DNA from: a virus
Taxonomy: Duplodnaviria; Caudoviricetes
Virus record (IMG/VR): IMGVR_UViG_3300026116_000035
Strand: one strand, 5' to 3'
DNA: 64,000 bases
The translations under genes were made by a program, and so were the position numbers. Shown piece after piece: positions 47,481 through 55,755 of the stretch; position 1 is the first letter of the stretch; every line of letters starts with the position of its first letter. The notes below the pieces were generated by a model, which was given only the letters and a program-made list of their open reading frames with translations, did not search any database and was not told the DNA's origin.

Positions 47481-47646
47481 TTTTCAAAATACTCGTTATA
47501 TAGATTAAAACTTGAAAATTCAGGGTATTTGTATATTTTTTAAAATATTTTGCACGGAATGATATATAAATATAAGTAAAAATTTTGTCGACCAAAATTG
47601 ACGTAATAAATTTTAAAATAAATAGTTAAATCTTGGAGAAAGAAAT

Positions 47647-48387
47647 ATGGGAAATAAGCCTGAAATTATAATGATGGATACAGCTGGTGCGCATAATAAT
47701 GATCTTGAAGGTAGTAGGGCAAGATTAATGCGTGGAGGTTCTTGGAAACGACAAAATATAGTTGTGGTACTTCCGGCCTCAAATACAATTTCAACAAGAG
47801 TTATGTTATCACATTGGAATTTAGCTTTTCCTCCGAATAACGGTGTTGTGAAAATAATAACTCAAAATATGGAAGTTGGCGACGCTTATTCATCAACCAT
47901 CGAGATGGTTTTAGCTGATCCTAATTTATCTAAGTTTCAATTTTTCTTGTTCATAGAACACGATAACATTCCGCCTTCTGATGCTGTTTTAAAATTGCTT
48001 GAAAGAATGGAAGAGCATCCAGAATATGCAGCAATTTCGGGCGGATACTGGACAAAAGGGCCCAACGGAGTATTTCAGGCGTGGGGCGACGTTAAGGACC
48101 CAGTATTAAATTTTCGCCCTCAATTACCTGATCCTAACGGTGGTCTTATTGAATGTTGTGGAATTGGTATGGGGTTCGCTATATTTAGATTAGATATGTT
48201 TAAAGATGTAAGACTTCGTAAGCCGTGGTTTCATACTCAAACTGTCGGCGGGGTTAGCACTCAAGATTTATATTTTTGGTCTGATGCTCGTAAGGCAGGA
48301 TATCGCTGTGCTGTAGATTGCAGCATAAAAGTGGGTCATTTTGACGCGGACGGATCGATCGGAGGGATCCCGGAATTTACTTGGTAA
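47647..48387 (+). CDS. Glycosyltransferase, GT-A fold (GT2-like)
   Basis: VVVLP start strand, FLFIEHDN at the DxD-equivalent position, AISGGY, GIGMGFAIF, KPWF, and QDLYF...ARKAGY...VD...VGH. Confidence 0.8.
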   Translation: MGNKPEIIMMDTAGAHNNDLEGSRARLMRGGSWKRQNIVVVLPASNTISTRVMLSHWNLAFPPNNGVVKIITQNMEVGDAYSSTIEMVLADPNLSKFQFFLFIEHDNIPPSDAVLKLLERMEEHPEYAAISGGYWTKGPNGVFQAWGDVKDPVLNFRPQLPDPNGGLIECCGIGMGFAIFRLDMFKDVRLRKPWFHTQTVGGVSTQDLYFWSDARKAGYRCAVDCSIKVGHFDADGSIGGIPEFTW

Positions 48388-48389
48388 TG

Positions 48390-48425
48390 ATTTAAATTAA
48401 TATAATTAATTTAAATTAATATAAT
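48390..48425. repeat. AT-only palindrome and tandem repeat upstream of the GIY-YIG gene
   Basis: ATTTAAATTAAT-ATA-ATTAATTTAAAT is a perfect 12-bp inverted repeat. ATTTAAATTAATATAAT occurs twice (48390 and 48409). Confidence 0.7.
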
Positions 48426-48435
48426 AAAGATAATA

Positions 48436-49386
48436 ATGAAGAAAAAAAATGAAGATGAACTTAATAATTTAAATTGTGATATTTGGAAAATATATTTAAT
48501 TTATCGTATTGATGATAATGGTGAAATATGTAATAAAGTTTATATTGGTCAAACATGCCGAAGTATAAATAAAAGATTTCAATGTCACATAACTGATAAA
48601 AAAGGAGGATGCATTAAATTATTTAATGCATTTAATAAATATGGGCGTGAAAATTTTAGAATTATAACATTAGCTGAAACAAAATGTCATGATTGTGCTA
48701 ATTATTTAGAAGCAACATTAATAAATCAATATGATAGTATTAATAATGGTTATAATATAAGAAATGGTGGCAGTAACGGTAAATTATCTGAAGAGACTAA
48801 GAAAAAAATATCTCAAAGTAGAATTGGTAAATATACCGGTGAAAATAGTTCTTTTTATGGACGCCATCATACTGAAGAAAATAGAAAAAAAATATCTGAA
48901 TTAACAAAAGCTAGAGTTCAAGGTGAAGATAATCCTTTTTTCGGTAAGAAACATACTGAAGAAACTAAAAAAATATTAGTTGAGATGACAAAAGCTAGAG
49001 TTCAGGGTGAGGATAATCCTATGTTTGGTAAAACTCATTCACCAGAAACTATTAAAAAAATTTCACAAAGTAGAATTGGCAAAACCGCTGGAAAGAATAA
49101 TCCAATGTACGGTAAAAGACATCCACCAGAATTATTAAAACAAATAGCTGAATCACATAAAGGTCAAGTTGCCTGGAATAAAGGTATACCCAATTCAGAA
49201 GCAGCTAGAGAAAAAATGAAATTAGCCTGGGTAAAACGAAGAGCTCAAAAAGAATTGGCTAAACAGATGAAAAATTTCTACGGCTCAACAATTGGGGCAA
49301 AACTCGATTTAACTGAATCAGAGATTGATAATTTAGAAATTAAAGAATTTAAATATAGTTTTCAAAATAATAAGGAAGATAAATGA
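48436..49386 (+). CDS. GIY-YIG homing endonuclease with NUMOD3 repeats
   Basis: KIYLIY...KVYIGQT, then R, LFNAFNKYG, E and NGYN. Repeated GE.NPF(F/Y)GK.HTEET.K.IS units. Confidence 0.9.
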   Translation: MKKKNEDELNNLNCDIWKIYLIYRIDDNGEICNKVYIGQTCRSINKRFQCHITDKKGGCIKLFNAFNKYGRENFRIITLAETKCHDCANYLEATLINQYDSINNGYNIRNGGSNGKLSEETKKKISQSRIGKYTGENSSFYGRHHTEENRKKISELTKARVQGEDNPFFGKKHTEETKKILVEMTKARVQGEDNPMFGKTHSPETIKKISQSRIGKTAGKNNPMYGKRHPPELLKQIAESHKGQVAWNKGIPNSEAAREKMKLAWVKRRAQKELAKQMKNFYGSTIGAKLDLTESEIDNLEIKEFKYSFQNNKEDK

Positions 49387-50024
49387 CGGAAGTAACAAAG
49401 ACAGAAGAAGTAAAACCGCTACGATTGGATTTCGGATGTGGCCCAAATAAACTCAAAGAAGCTGGTAAAGAATTTATTGGCGTTGATGCAATAGCTTTTC
49501 CAGGAGTAGATGTTGTATTAGATCTCACTGAAAAAGAATCATCAGTTCAGAATAAAGATTTTTCAGTTACACATAAATATAAGAAATGGATTTGGGAAGA
49601 TAATTCAGTAGATGAGATTCATTGTTCACATTTTCTTGAGCATTTAAATATGGAAGAGCGATGTCACTTTATGAATGAGACATATCGTATTTTAAAGCCT
49701 GGAGCACAATGTAGAATTATTGTACCGCATTGGGCTAGTGCAAGAGCTTATGGTGATGTTACTCATGATCCCATGCCAGTTTCAGAATTCTTTTTTTATT
49801 ATTTATCAAAGCCGTGGAGAGAAGCAAATGCACCTCATACGGTAGCTTCTGAAAGAAATCCCAATTTATTTCATGACGAAGTGGATTTTGCTGCAACATG
49901 GGGATATTCTTTACATCAATCATTACTTGTACGAAATCAAGAATATCAGACATTTGCGTTAGGTTTTTTTAAGGAAGCTGCACAAGATATAATTGCAACG
50001 CTAACTAAAAATGTAAAACAGTAA
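49383..50024 (+). CDS. Class I SAM-dependent methyltransferase
   Basis: Motif I LRLDFGCGP, IGVD, DNSVDEIHCSHFLEHL, RILKPGA...IIVP. This type is often seen beside glycosyltransferases. Confidence 0.88.
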   Translation: MTEVTKTEEVKPLRLDFGCGPNKLKEAGKEFIGVDAIAFPGVDVVLDLTEKESSVQNKDFSVTHKYKKWIWEDNSVDEIHCSHFLEHLNMEERCHFMNETYRILKPGAQCRIIVPHWASARAYGDVTHDPMPVSEFFFYYLSKPWREANAPHTVASERNPNLFHDEVDFAATWGYSLHQSLLVRNQEYQTFALGFFKEAAQDIIATLTKNVKQ

Positions 50025-50027
50025 AAT

Positions 50028-51107
50028 TTGAAACATTATTATTTAGATTCGGCCGCACATGTTCCGATGTCAATAGCGGCCCAGAGAGCATATATAGACT
50101 TTCAGAATTCAGAAATTTCACCGGGACATGCTAGTTCATTAAATTTAATTGGAAGAAAAGTATCCGGATTAATTGAAAAAGCTAGAGTAGAAATTTCTGA
50201 ATTATTGGGGGCTGAAAAATCTTCACAGATAATATTTACAAATACATGTACGGAGGCATGTAATTGGGCTGTGGAGATAATATTTAATAAAGCTAAAAGT
50301 GATATAGTTTATTATTCTCCATTTGAACATTCTGCTATTAAATATTTAACAGAAACCAAAAATAATATTAAAAAATTAAATATTATAAATGGTAAAGTTA
50401 ATGAATTTAATAATAAATATAATATATGTATGCATGTTCAGAATGAGGTTGGATTAATTCAGCCAATAGAGAAGTTTACTGGATATTTATTTAGTGATAT
50501 GAGTCAAAGTTTGGGGAAAATAAAGATAAATTTAAAAGAAAGTAATGTGAATTTAGCTTGTTTTTCCGGACATAAGATTGGGGCCGGGTCAATAGGGATA
50601 TTATATATAAAAGATAATAAGGATTGGGTTACATATGGGATGGGTTCTAGGTATTATCAGGATAGGGTGGGTAGTCCTGATGCGGCTGGAATAATTGGGT
50701 TAGCGGCGGGATTGAGGGATAATTTGAGTAAAATGGATGATAAAGTTATTCAGATGAAAGAATTTAGAGAAAGTTTGGAAAAAAGATTAAAAAGTTATGG
50801 ATTGAATGTTATATATGTAGAGGAAGATAGAATAGCGAATATATCGATGATTCATCTTCCGAAGGTAGCTCATTTAGTATTAGATGAGTTATCAGAAAAA
50901 TTTAATATACATTGCTCATTAGGGGCAGCGTGTTCATCGAAGTTAACTACGACAAATCCTACGATGTCAGTTTTAGGATTTGAAGGATCGGTTAATGATT
51001 TTTTGCGAATATCTTCAAATGGGGATTATGGTAAAAAAGATGGTGAATATGTGGCAGAAACAATTATTAATATAACAAAAAATTATAAGGTAAAATATGG
51101 AACATAA
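50028..51107 (+). CDS. iscS: Cysteine desulfurase, IscS/NifS-like (PLP-dependent class V)
   Basis: YLDSAA, HSAI, QNEVG.IQPI, D..QSLGK, SGHK (PLP lysine) and the group I catalytic loop SLGAACSS. TTG start. Confidence 0.85.
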   Translation: MKHYYLDSAAHVPMSIAAQRAYIDFQNSEISPGHASSLNLIGRKVSGLIEKARVEISELLGAEKSSQIIFTNTCTEACNWAVEIIFNKAKSDIVYYSPFEHSAIKYLTETKNNIKKLNIINGKVNEFNNKYNICMHVQNEVGLIQPIEKFTGYLFSDMSQSLGKIKINLKESNVNLACFSGHKIGAGSIGILYIKDNKDWVTYGMGSRYYQDRVGSPDAAGIIGLAAGLRDNLSKMDDKVIQMKEFRESLEKRLKSYGLNVIYVEEDRIANISMIHLPKVAHLVLDELSEKFNIHCSLGAACSSKLTTTNPTMSVLGFEGSVNDFLRISSNGDYGKKDGEYVAETIINITKNYKVKYGT

Positions 51108-51999
51108 TATACAGAGTAATCAGTATGAATTTAAAATTATATCACGAGATGAAATATCAAATGGTAAGGTATTGAAGCAATATGATATAAATAATGAAAA
51201 AGTTATTGGGGTTTATGAGAATGAGCCGTTTATGATTCAATTTAAAAATAATTCTTGGAATAGAGTTCAGGTAAAATTTTCAATTGATGGGACGGATATT
51301 TTAACGGGAAAATTGGCGGATACTAGTGTGACATCGGAAATGTGGGTATGTGAAGCATATTCGACATTAGAGTTAAAAGCATTTCCTGAGACAAATAAAG
51401 GCGGAGCTGAATTTATATTTGGTAAGGTAAAAGATAGTGTTGCGGTAAATACACATGGAGTTCAGACGGGTATTGGATATATTGCTGTGGCGGTATATGT
51501 TGAAGAAAGTATTAATCAGGATATTTTTAGGAGTTTATTAAGTAACCAAGAAACTATATATAATGCTAAACCTTACTGGCAATATAATAATCATACTTAT
51601 ACATATGGCGGCAGTGGCGGAAGTTCTTTTGGCAATTCAGGTATATCATATAATATAGGTAGTTTATGTGCTAGTAGTTCTCCAGATGTTGTTATAACAA
51701 ATTCAGTAACAAATAGTGTACCAGCAGTTGGAGCTGGAGAATATGTAGCTCAAGAAATAGTAAAAACAGCAGGATTAAAGCAACCGAAGCTTTTTACAAC
51801 GATGTCAATTAAATATGAGTGGTGGACTAGTTTGCGTAGTAAGATTAGGCAAACAAATAATAAGCCAATAAATCCAGCATTTCCGGGAGATCATCAGGAA
51901 GTGAAAATGTTAGATTTAAAGAAAACTCCGCGTAAGAGGAAGAGTAGGGCTGAGAATAAAGCTGAAAATAAGTATCCTGAATTAAATCGATTTGGATGA
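51097..51999 (+). CDS. Conserved hypothetical protein (bacterial-type beta domain)
   Basis: EPFMIQFKNNSWNRVQVKFSIDGTDILTG...AEFIF...GYIAVAVY pattern, which I recognise from an uncharacterised bacterial family. Low-complexity middle region. Confidence 0.55.
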   Translation: MEHNIQSNQYEFKIISRDEISNGKVLKQYDINNEKVIGVYENEPFMIQFKNNSWNRVQVKFSIDGTDILTGKLADTSVTSEMWVCEAYSTLELKAFPETNKGGAEFIFGKVKDSVAVNTHGVQTGIGYIAVAVYVEESINQDIFRSLLSNQETIYNAKPYWQYNNHTYTYGGSGGSSFGNSGISYNIGSLCASSSPDVVITNSVTNSVPAVGAGEYVAQEIVKTAGLKQPKLFTTMSIKYEWWTSLRSKIRQTNNKPINPAFPGDHQEVKMLDLKKTPRKRKSRAENKAENKYPELNRFG

Positions 52000-52002
52000 T
52001 AG

Positions 52003-52350
52003 GTGAAATTAAAGAAGTCATTGGATGAATTATGTCCTAAGGTAAATTGTGAGATATGTGGAGAGAGTAATAAAGAAATTTTACACAGGCATCATTTAAT
52101 ACCTAGGACAGATTCAAATTGTACAAATCATCCATTTAATTTAGCTGTATTATGTCCTAATTGTCATAATTTAACGCATTTGAATGTTATTAAAATAATT
52201 GGAGTTTTTCCGTCTACAAAAGCATCTGGAAGAATTTTGATATATGTTAGAGATGGAGTTTGCAATGTTCCTGGAATGGAAGATAGTGAACCTTATTATA
52301 AACCTGAAGTTGAATTAATGAAAGTGAGACCAGATGGCAAAAAAACCTGA
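52003..52350 (+). CDS. Small HNH endonuclease
   Basis: CEICG...HRHHLIP...N..NLAVLCPNCH..TH. GTG start. Confidence 0.8.
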   Translation: MKLKKSLDELCPKVNCEICGESNKEILHRHHLIPRTDSNCTNHPFNLAVLCPNCHNLTHLNVIKIIGVFPSTKASGRILIYVRDGVCNVPGMEDSEPYYKPEVELMKVRPDGKKT

Positions 52351-52687
52351 ATATATACCTCCTTATATAAATCCTAAAAGAATACAAACTGAGGAACAAT
52401 CGAGAATAAATGTAATAAATATAGCTACTGGGTTGGGATTAAAGTTTGATGCAGAGGCTATTTTTAGAAAATATGATGCGATTTTGGCTAAGCATCAAAA
52501 TCCAGATGAGCGAAAGCAAATAGCTACGATGGCTGCAGCTGAGATTTATAAATTGTTAGGTTTTCAGGACGGATTACAAGTTGGGGGTACTGAAGTAATT
52601 CCGCCATCTGAAGCTTATATTGCAGCTTTACCGGATAAAAAAGAAGATAAAGTTGAAGATAAGAGTGAAAATAAAATAATTGTTTAA
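52334..52687 (+). CDS. Hypothetical protein
   Basis: 117-aa ORF overlapping the HNH gene in the co-oriented operon. Confidence 0.55.
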   Translation: MAKKPEYIPPYINPKRIQTEEQSRINVINIATGLGLKFDAEAIFRKYDAILAKHQNPDERKQIATMAAAEIYKLLGFQDGLQVGGTEVIPPSEAYIAALPDKKEDKVEDKSENKIIV

Positions 52688-52743
52688 TATTCTGCATATA
52701 TTGATATATTTAATAGGAAAGATATTATATTTAAGGAATATTA

Positions 52744-52968
52744 ATGACTAATTCAGATAAGAAATATAGTGGTGAAGTTTGTTGGTTTGATAATAAACTA
52801 GGGATTGGTTTTATTTTATGGGAAGGTGCTAATGATATGTTTGTTCATTTTAGCGATATAGTATCTTCTGGATTTAAGACTTTGAAAAAGGGACAAAAGG
52901 TAGAATTTGGTATTGGTCAAAATAAAAAGGGTGAACCAAAAGCTATTGAAGTTGTAGTTATAGAATGA
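52744..52968 (+). CDS. cspA: Cold-shock domain protein
   Basis: GEVCWF, RNP1-like LGIGFI, RNP2 MFVHFS, GFKTL..GQKVEF...KGEPKAIEV. Confidence 0.93.
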   Translation: MTNSDKKYSGEVCWFDNKLGIGFILWEGANDMFVHFSDIVSSGFKTLKKGQKVEFGIGQNKKGEPKAIEVVVIE

Positions 52969-53336
52969 GAAAAATTGTTAAAGAGTTAGAATTTTGGGTA
53001 TCGAATATAACTGATCTTAATGTATGTTTATCTGATTTAGCATTAACGATTCCATCTCGAAAAAATGTTAATTTATTAGATAGTAGACATTATTCATATA
53101 CATTAGAGCAACTTGAAGCTTCGGCAAAATCTGGTTCTTTAAAAGCTAAGAGTGATAAATTAAAGGTGAGAAAAGTTGCTCCTGAGATTTTAGTTAAGCC
53201 GGGGGTGAATGTTTCAACGATGCCAAGATTTATTGCTCAAAATTCTCAAAGAACAAAAATTATAATTAATGAAGAAAAATATGAAGAATTGCAAGTAAGT
53301 GAAGAAAAATTTGCTGAAGAAATGAGTGAAGATTAA
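52965..53336 (+). CDS. Hypothetical protein related to the N-terminus of ORF 34514
   Basis: FWVSNI...I...VNLL...E...S..SGSL aligns by eye with FVVRNI...I...RDLM...E..IRNGL.KGEL. Confidence 0.5.
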   Translation: MRKIVKELEFWVSNITDLNVCLSDLALTIPSRKNVNLLDSRHYSYTLEQLEASAKSGSLKAKSDKLKVRKVAPEILVKPGVNVSTMPRFIAQNSQRTKIIINEEKYEELQVSEEKFAEEMSED

Positions 53337-53353
53337 TATTCTTGTATATAGGT

Positions 53354-54355
53354 ATGAGGATATTTAAATTATTTGCAATTCATTTATATTTAATTTTATG
53401 TTTTGTTATTTCGTGTGGTGGTGGAAAAGAAAGTAAAATAAACAATGATGGTGGAGCTGTATCGATGGGAGGTTCGGGTGATGCTGGACTTTATTCTACA
53501 GGTCAGGGTGGATTAATATTAAATTTAGGTGGACAAAGTGATTATGATGCTGGAGTAGAAATGGGAGGAGCTCCGGTATATATGTTACCTTCAGATTTTA
53601 CAAAAGGTAAATTTGGTGGATATAAATTAGGATCTGAATATACGGGAAATATGGGTGATTCTGGAGGAATGAGTTCGGAATGTGGAACTCAAATTTTAGG
53701 AATTGTTAGAGATTTTCGTGGAAATAATGAAGTAAATGGCCATCCTGATTTTGAACATTTTTTTGGTAATACTCCTTCATTGGGAATAGTTAAAGAAGAT
53801 TTGGGAATTGATCAGAAACCTATTTATTCTGGAAGTGGACCTATTATTGATCCAAATAATAATCAACAAACTACGAGTAAAGAATATTTTGATGAATGGT
53901 ATAGAAATATAGATGGGGTAAATGGGCCTTATATAGTATATTTTTATTTTGAGCCTAATGGGAATATATTAAGTTTTGAGAGTACAGCATTTTTTCCATT
54001 AGATAAAGCTGGATTTGGAAATACTCCTGGTCAAATGCATAATTTTGCTTTTACTACTGAAGTGCATACTAAATTTGATTATAAGGGTGGAGAGGTATTT
54101 TCTTTTATTGGTGATGACGATGTTTGGGTATTTATAAATAATAAATTAGCTATAGATTTGGGAGGGTTACATTCAAAGCAGACGAAATCAATATCTTTGG
54201 ATGTGGTAGCTAAGGACTTAAATATAGAAGTTGGTAAAAATTATAATTTAGATTTATTTCATGCGGAGAGGCATACGATAGAGAGTAATTTTAGAATTGA
54301 TACAAATTTATCATTTACGAATTGTGGAACTATAGTAGATGGTCCGCTTAAATAG
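53354..54355 (+). CDS. Fibro-slime (PA14-like) domain lipoprotein
   Basis: Signal peptide with lipobox-like VISC, then a Gly-rich linker. Fibro-slime motifs VRDF...HPDFE, FFPLD, HNFAFTTEVH, FIGDDDVWVFINNKLAIDLGGLH, LFHAERHT..SNFRIDT. ATG 53354 is preferred over TTG 53342. Confidence 0.88.
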   Translation: MRIFKLFAIHLYLILCFVISCGGGKESKINNDGGAVSMGGSGDAGLYSTGQGGLILNLGGQSDYDAGVEMGGAPVYMLPSDFTKGKFGGYKLGSEYTGNMGDSGGMSSECGTQILGIVRDFRGNNEVNGHPDFEHFFGNTPSLGIVKEDLGIDQKPIYSGSGPIIDPNNNQQTTSKEYFDEWYRNIDGVNGPYIVYFYFEPNGNILSFESTAFFPLDKAGFGNTPGQMHNFAFTTEVHTKFDYKGGEVFSFIGDDDVWVFINNKLAIDLGGLHSKQTKSISLDVVAKDLNIEVGKNYNLDLFHAERHTIESNFRIDTNLSFTNCGTIVDGPLK

Positions 54356-54391
54356 TTAATGTAATAGAACTAATAATTTTGTATATTCTAT

Positions 54392-55288
54392 ATGGTAACT
54401 ATACGATCAAGAGGCGAACATGCCCAACCCTCGGAAGCAATTCAATTAACTGCTAAATTTTATGATTTTAGTGGTAATTTAACTGATTTGGATTCATTTC
54501 CAACTGTTTCTATAATTCAACCTTCAGGAAATGTAGCGATAACGACTACAAGTGCTGGAGTATATAGGTTAGCAGTTGGAACGTATGCATTTTTGTATCA
54601 GATACCGTATACTAGTGATTATGGTGTATTTACAGATAGGTGGCAGGGTACATTTGATGGATATGTATTAAAATTTGAGTATAATTTCGTTGTTGAATTA
54701 AGTCAGCAGCCTAGTTTAAATACGGATGGATATGCTGCTTTGGGGGATTTTGTACCATTTAATTATTCACAAACGGCGATAAATAATATAAATCAATTAT
54801 TAAAGGGATTAAAAGCTAGATTAAATAGTTCTGGAAAATCTAAAAGAATAGATCAATTTGGAAATGTAGTATATGAAGATTGTGATATTTATACTATAGA
54901 TCAGTTGGTTGTATTTTTAGCTACGGCATTAAGTGCATTTAATGAGATTCCTACATTTACTGAATTTACATTTGAAGATTCGGAAATTATGAGAATTTAT
55001 TATGATGTAATTATGCAGTATGCTTTAATTTTGGCATTAAGTAGTAAGGCATTATTGGAGAGAGGAAGAGAATTTACTATAACTGATAATGGTGTATCTT
55101 TTAATCCACCGGGAGTTAGTGAAGTTTTAATGACTCAGTATTCGGCAGAGATGGGTAATTGGAATGAAAAGGTAAAATTAATTAAAGCTAATATGAAGCC
55201 GAGTCCTTTGGGTTTGAGTAATTATGCAACTTTAACTTCTCCAAGAATAAGGATATTGCGGAATTTGAGGCAAAGAGTACTTCTGTGA
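54392..55288 (+). CDS. Head-tail adaptor/connector-like protein with N-terminal Ig-like domain
   Basis: Beta-sandwich N-terminal half (VSIIQPSG...GTYAFLY...FTDRWQG), then a helical adaptor-like half (TALSAFN..P...ALLERGREFTITDNGVSF). Two DGY motifs. Confidence 0.6.
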   Translation: MVTIRSRGEHAQPSEAIQLTAKFYDFSGNLTDLDSFPTVSIIQPSGNVAITTTSAGVYRLAVGTYAFLYQIPYTSDYGVFTDRWQGTFDGYVLKFEYNFVVELSQQPSLNTDGYAALGDFVPFNYSQTAINNINQLLKGLKARLNSSGKSKRIDQFGNVVYEDCDIYTIDQLVVFLATALSAFNEIPTFTEFTFEDSEIMRIYYDVIMQYALILALSSKALLERGREFTITDNGVSFNPPGVSEVLMTQYSAEMGNWNEKVKLIKANMKPSPLGLSNYATLTSPRIRILRNLRQRVLL

Positions 55289-55395
55289 GTCAGCGTAAAC
55301 TTTTTTAGTTGCTTAGAATATAATTTTATACGCAGAATAAAATATAACTCCACATGTATAATAAAATATAAATTTCATAATTGTCGCATATCTTT

Positions 55396-55755
55396 ATGGA
55401 TATTAAAGATTTAATTTTTTATATAAATAAATTTAAAGCCGAATGCGAAAAGCTTAAACCTATAAATGATGATAAAATTTCTATATTTCTTTGTGAGAAA
55501 GATTTTGAAGAATTTATAAAGTAAATTTTCCGGAAAAAGTATCAATCTATAATTACAGCCACAGGTTCATCTGGTGAATACATGGGAAAATTATTTATAA
55601 TAAATGGATATGATTATATAGTTCAACCTTATAATCCAGAAGATCCAAATGATTTTTTAAATGTAAATGAAGTTTTTTATTACATGAATGGACATTTTGG
55701 AGAAGACACTGTTTATGCTGAAAATGAAAGAATAATACAAAATATTATAGATTAA
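55396..55755 (+). pseudogene. First member of the C-terminal-tag gene array, interrupted by an in-frame TAA
   Basis: ATG 55396 gives MDIKDLIFYINKFK (homologous to the starts of 55833, 56217 and 57654). A single TAA at 55522-55524 interrupts the frame, which then continues to ...ENERIIQNIID* at 55755. Confidence 0.75.

Noticed and set aside
48388-49386. Group I intron housing the GIY-YIG gene
   Set aside because: The flanking GT and MTase each appear complete, and the gaps (48 nt upstream, overlap downstream) leave no room for an intron core, so the endonuclease is free-standing.
5943-49953. Reverse-strand and alternate-frame ORFs in the track (5943, 7018, 10846, 11721, 18162, 19528, 19686, 19715, 20746, 29260, 31578, 32473, 34353, 40561, 40787, 45754, 47005, 49759)
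   Set aside because: All lie inside longer + strand genes with recognisable motifs. They lack RBSs and family signatures and look like shadows of biased or low-complexity coding sequence.
50028-51107. Complete Dnd/Ssp phosphorothioation or other named defence system
   Set aside because: Only the desulfurase is present; no DndB-E or SspB-E-like genes are recognisable in the window.
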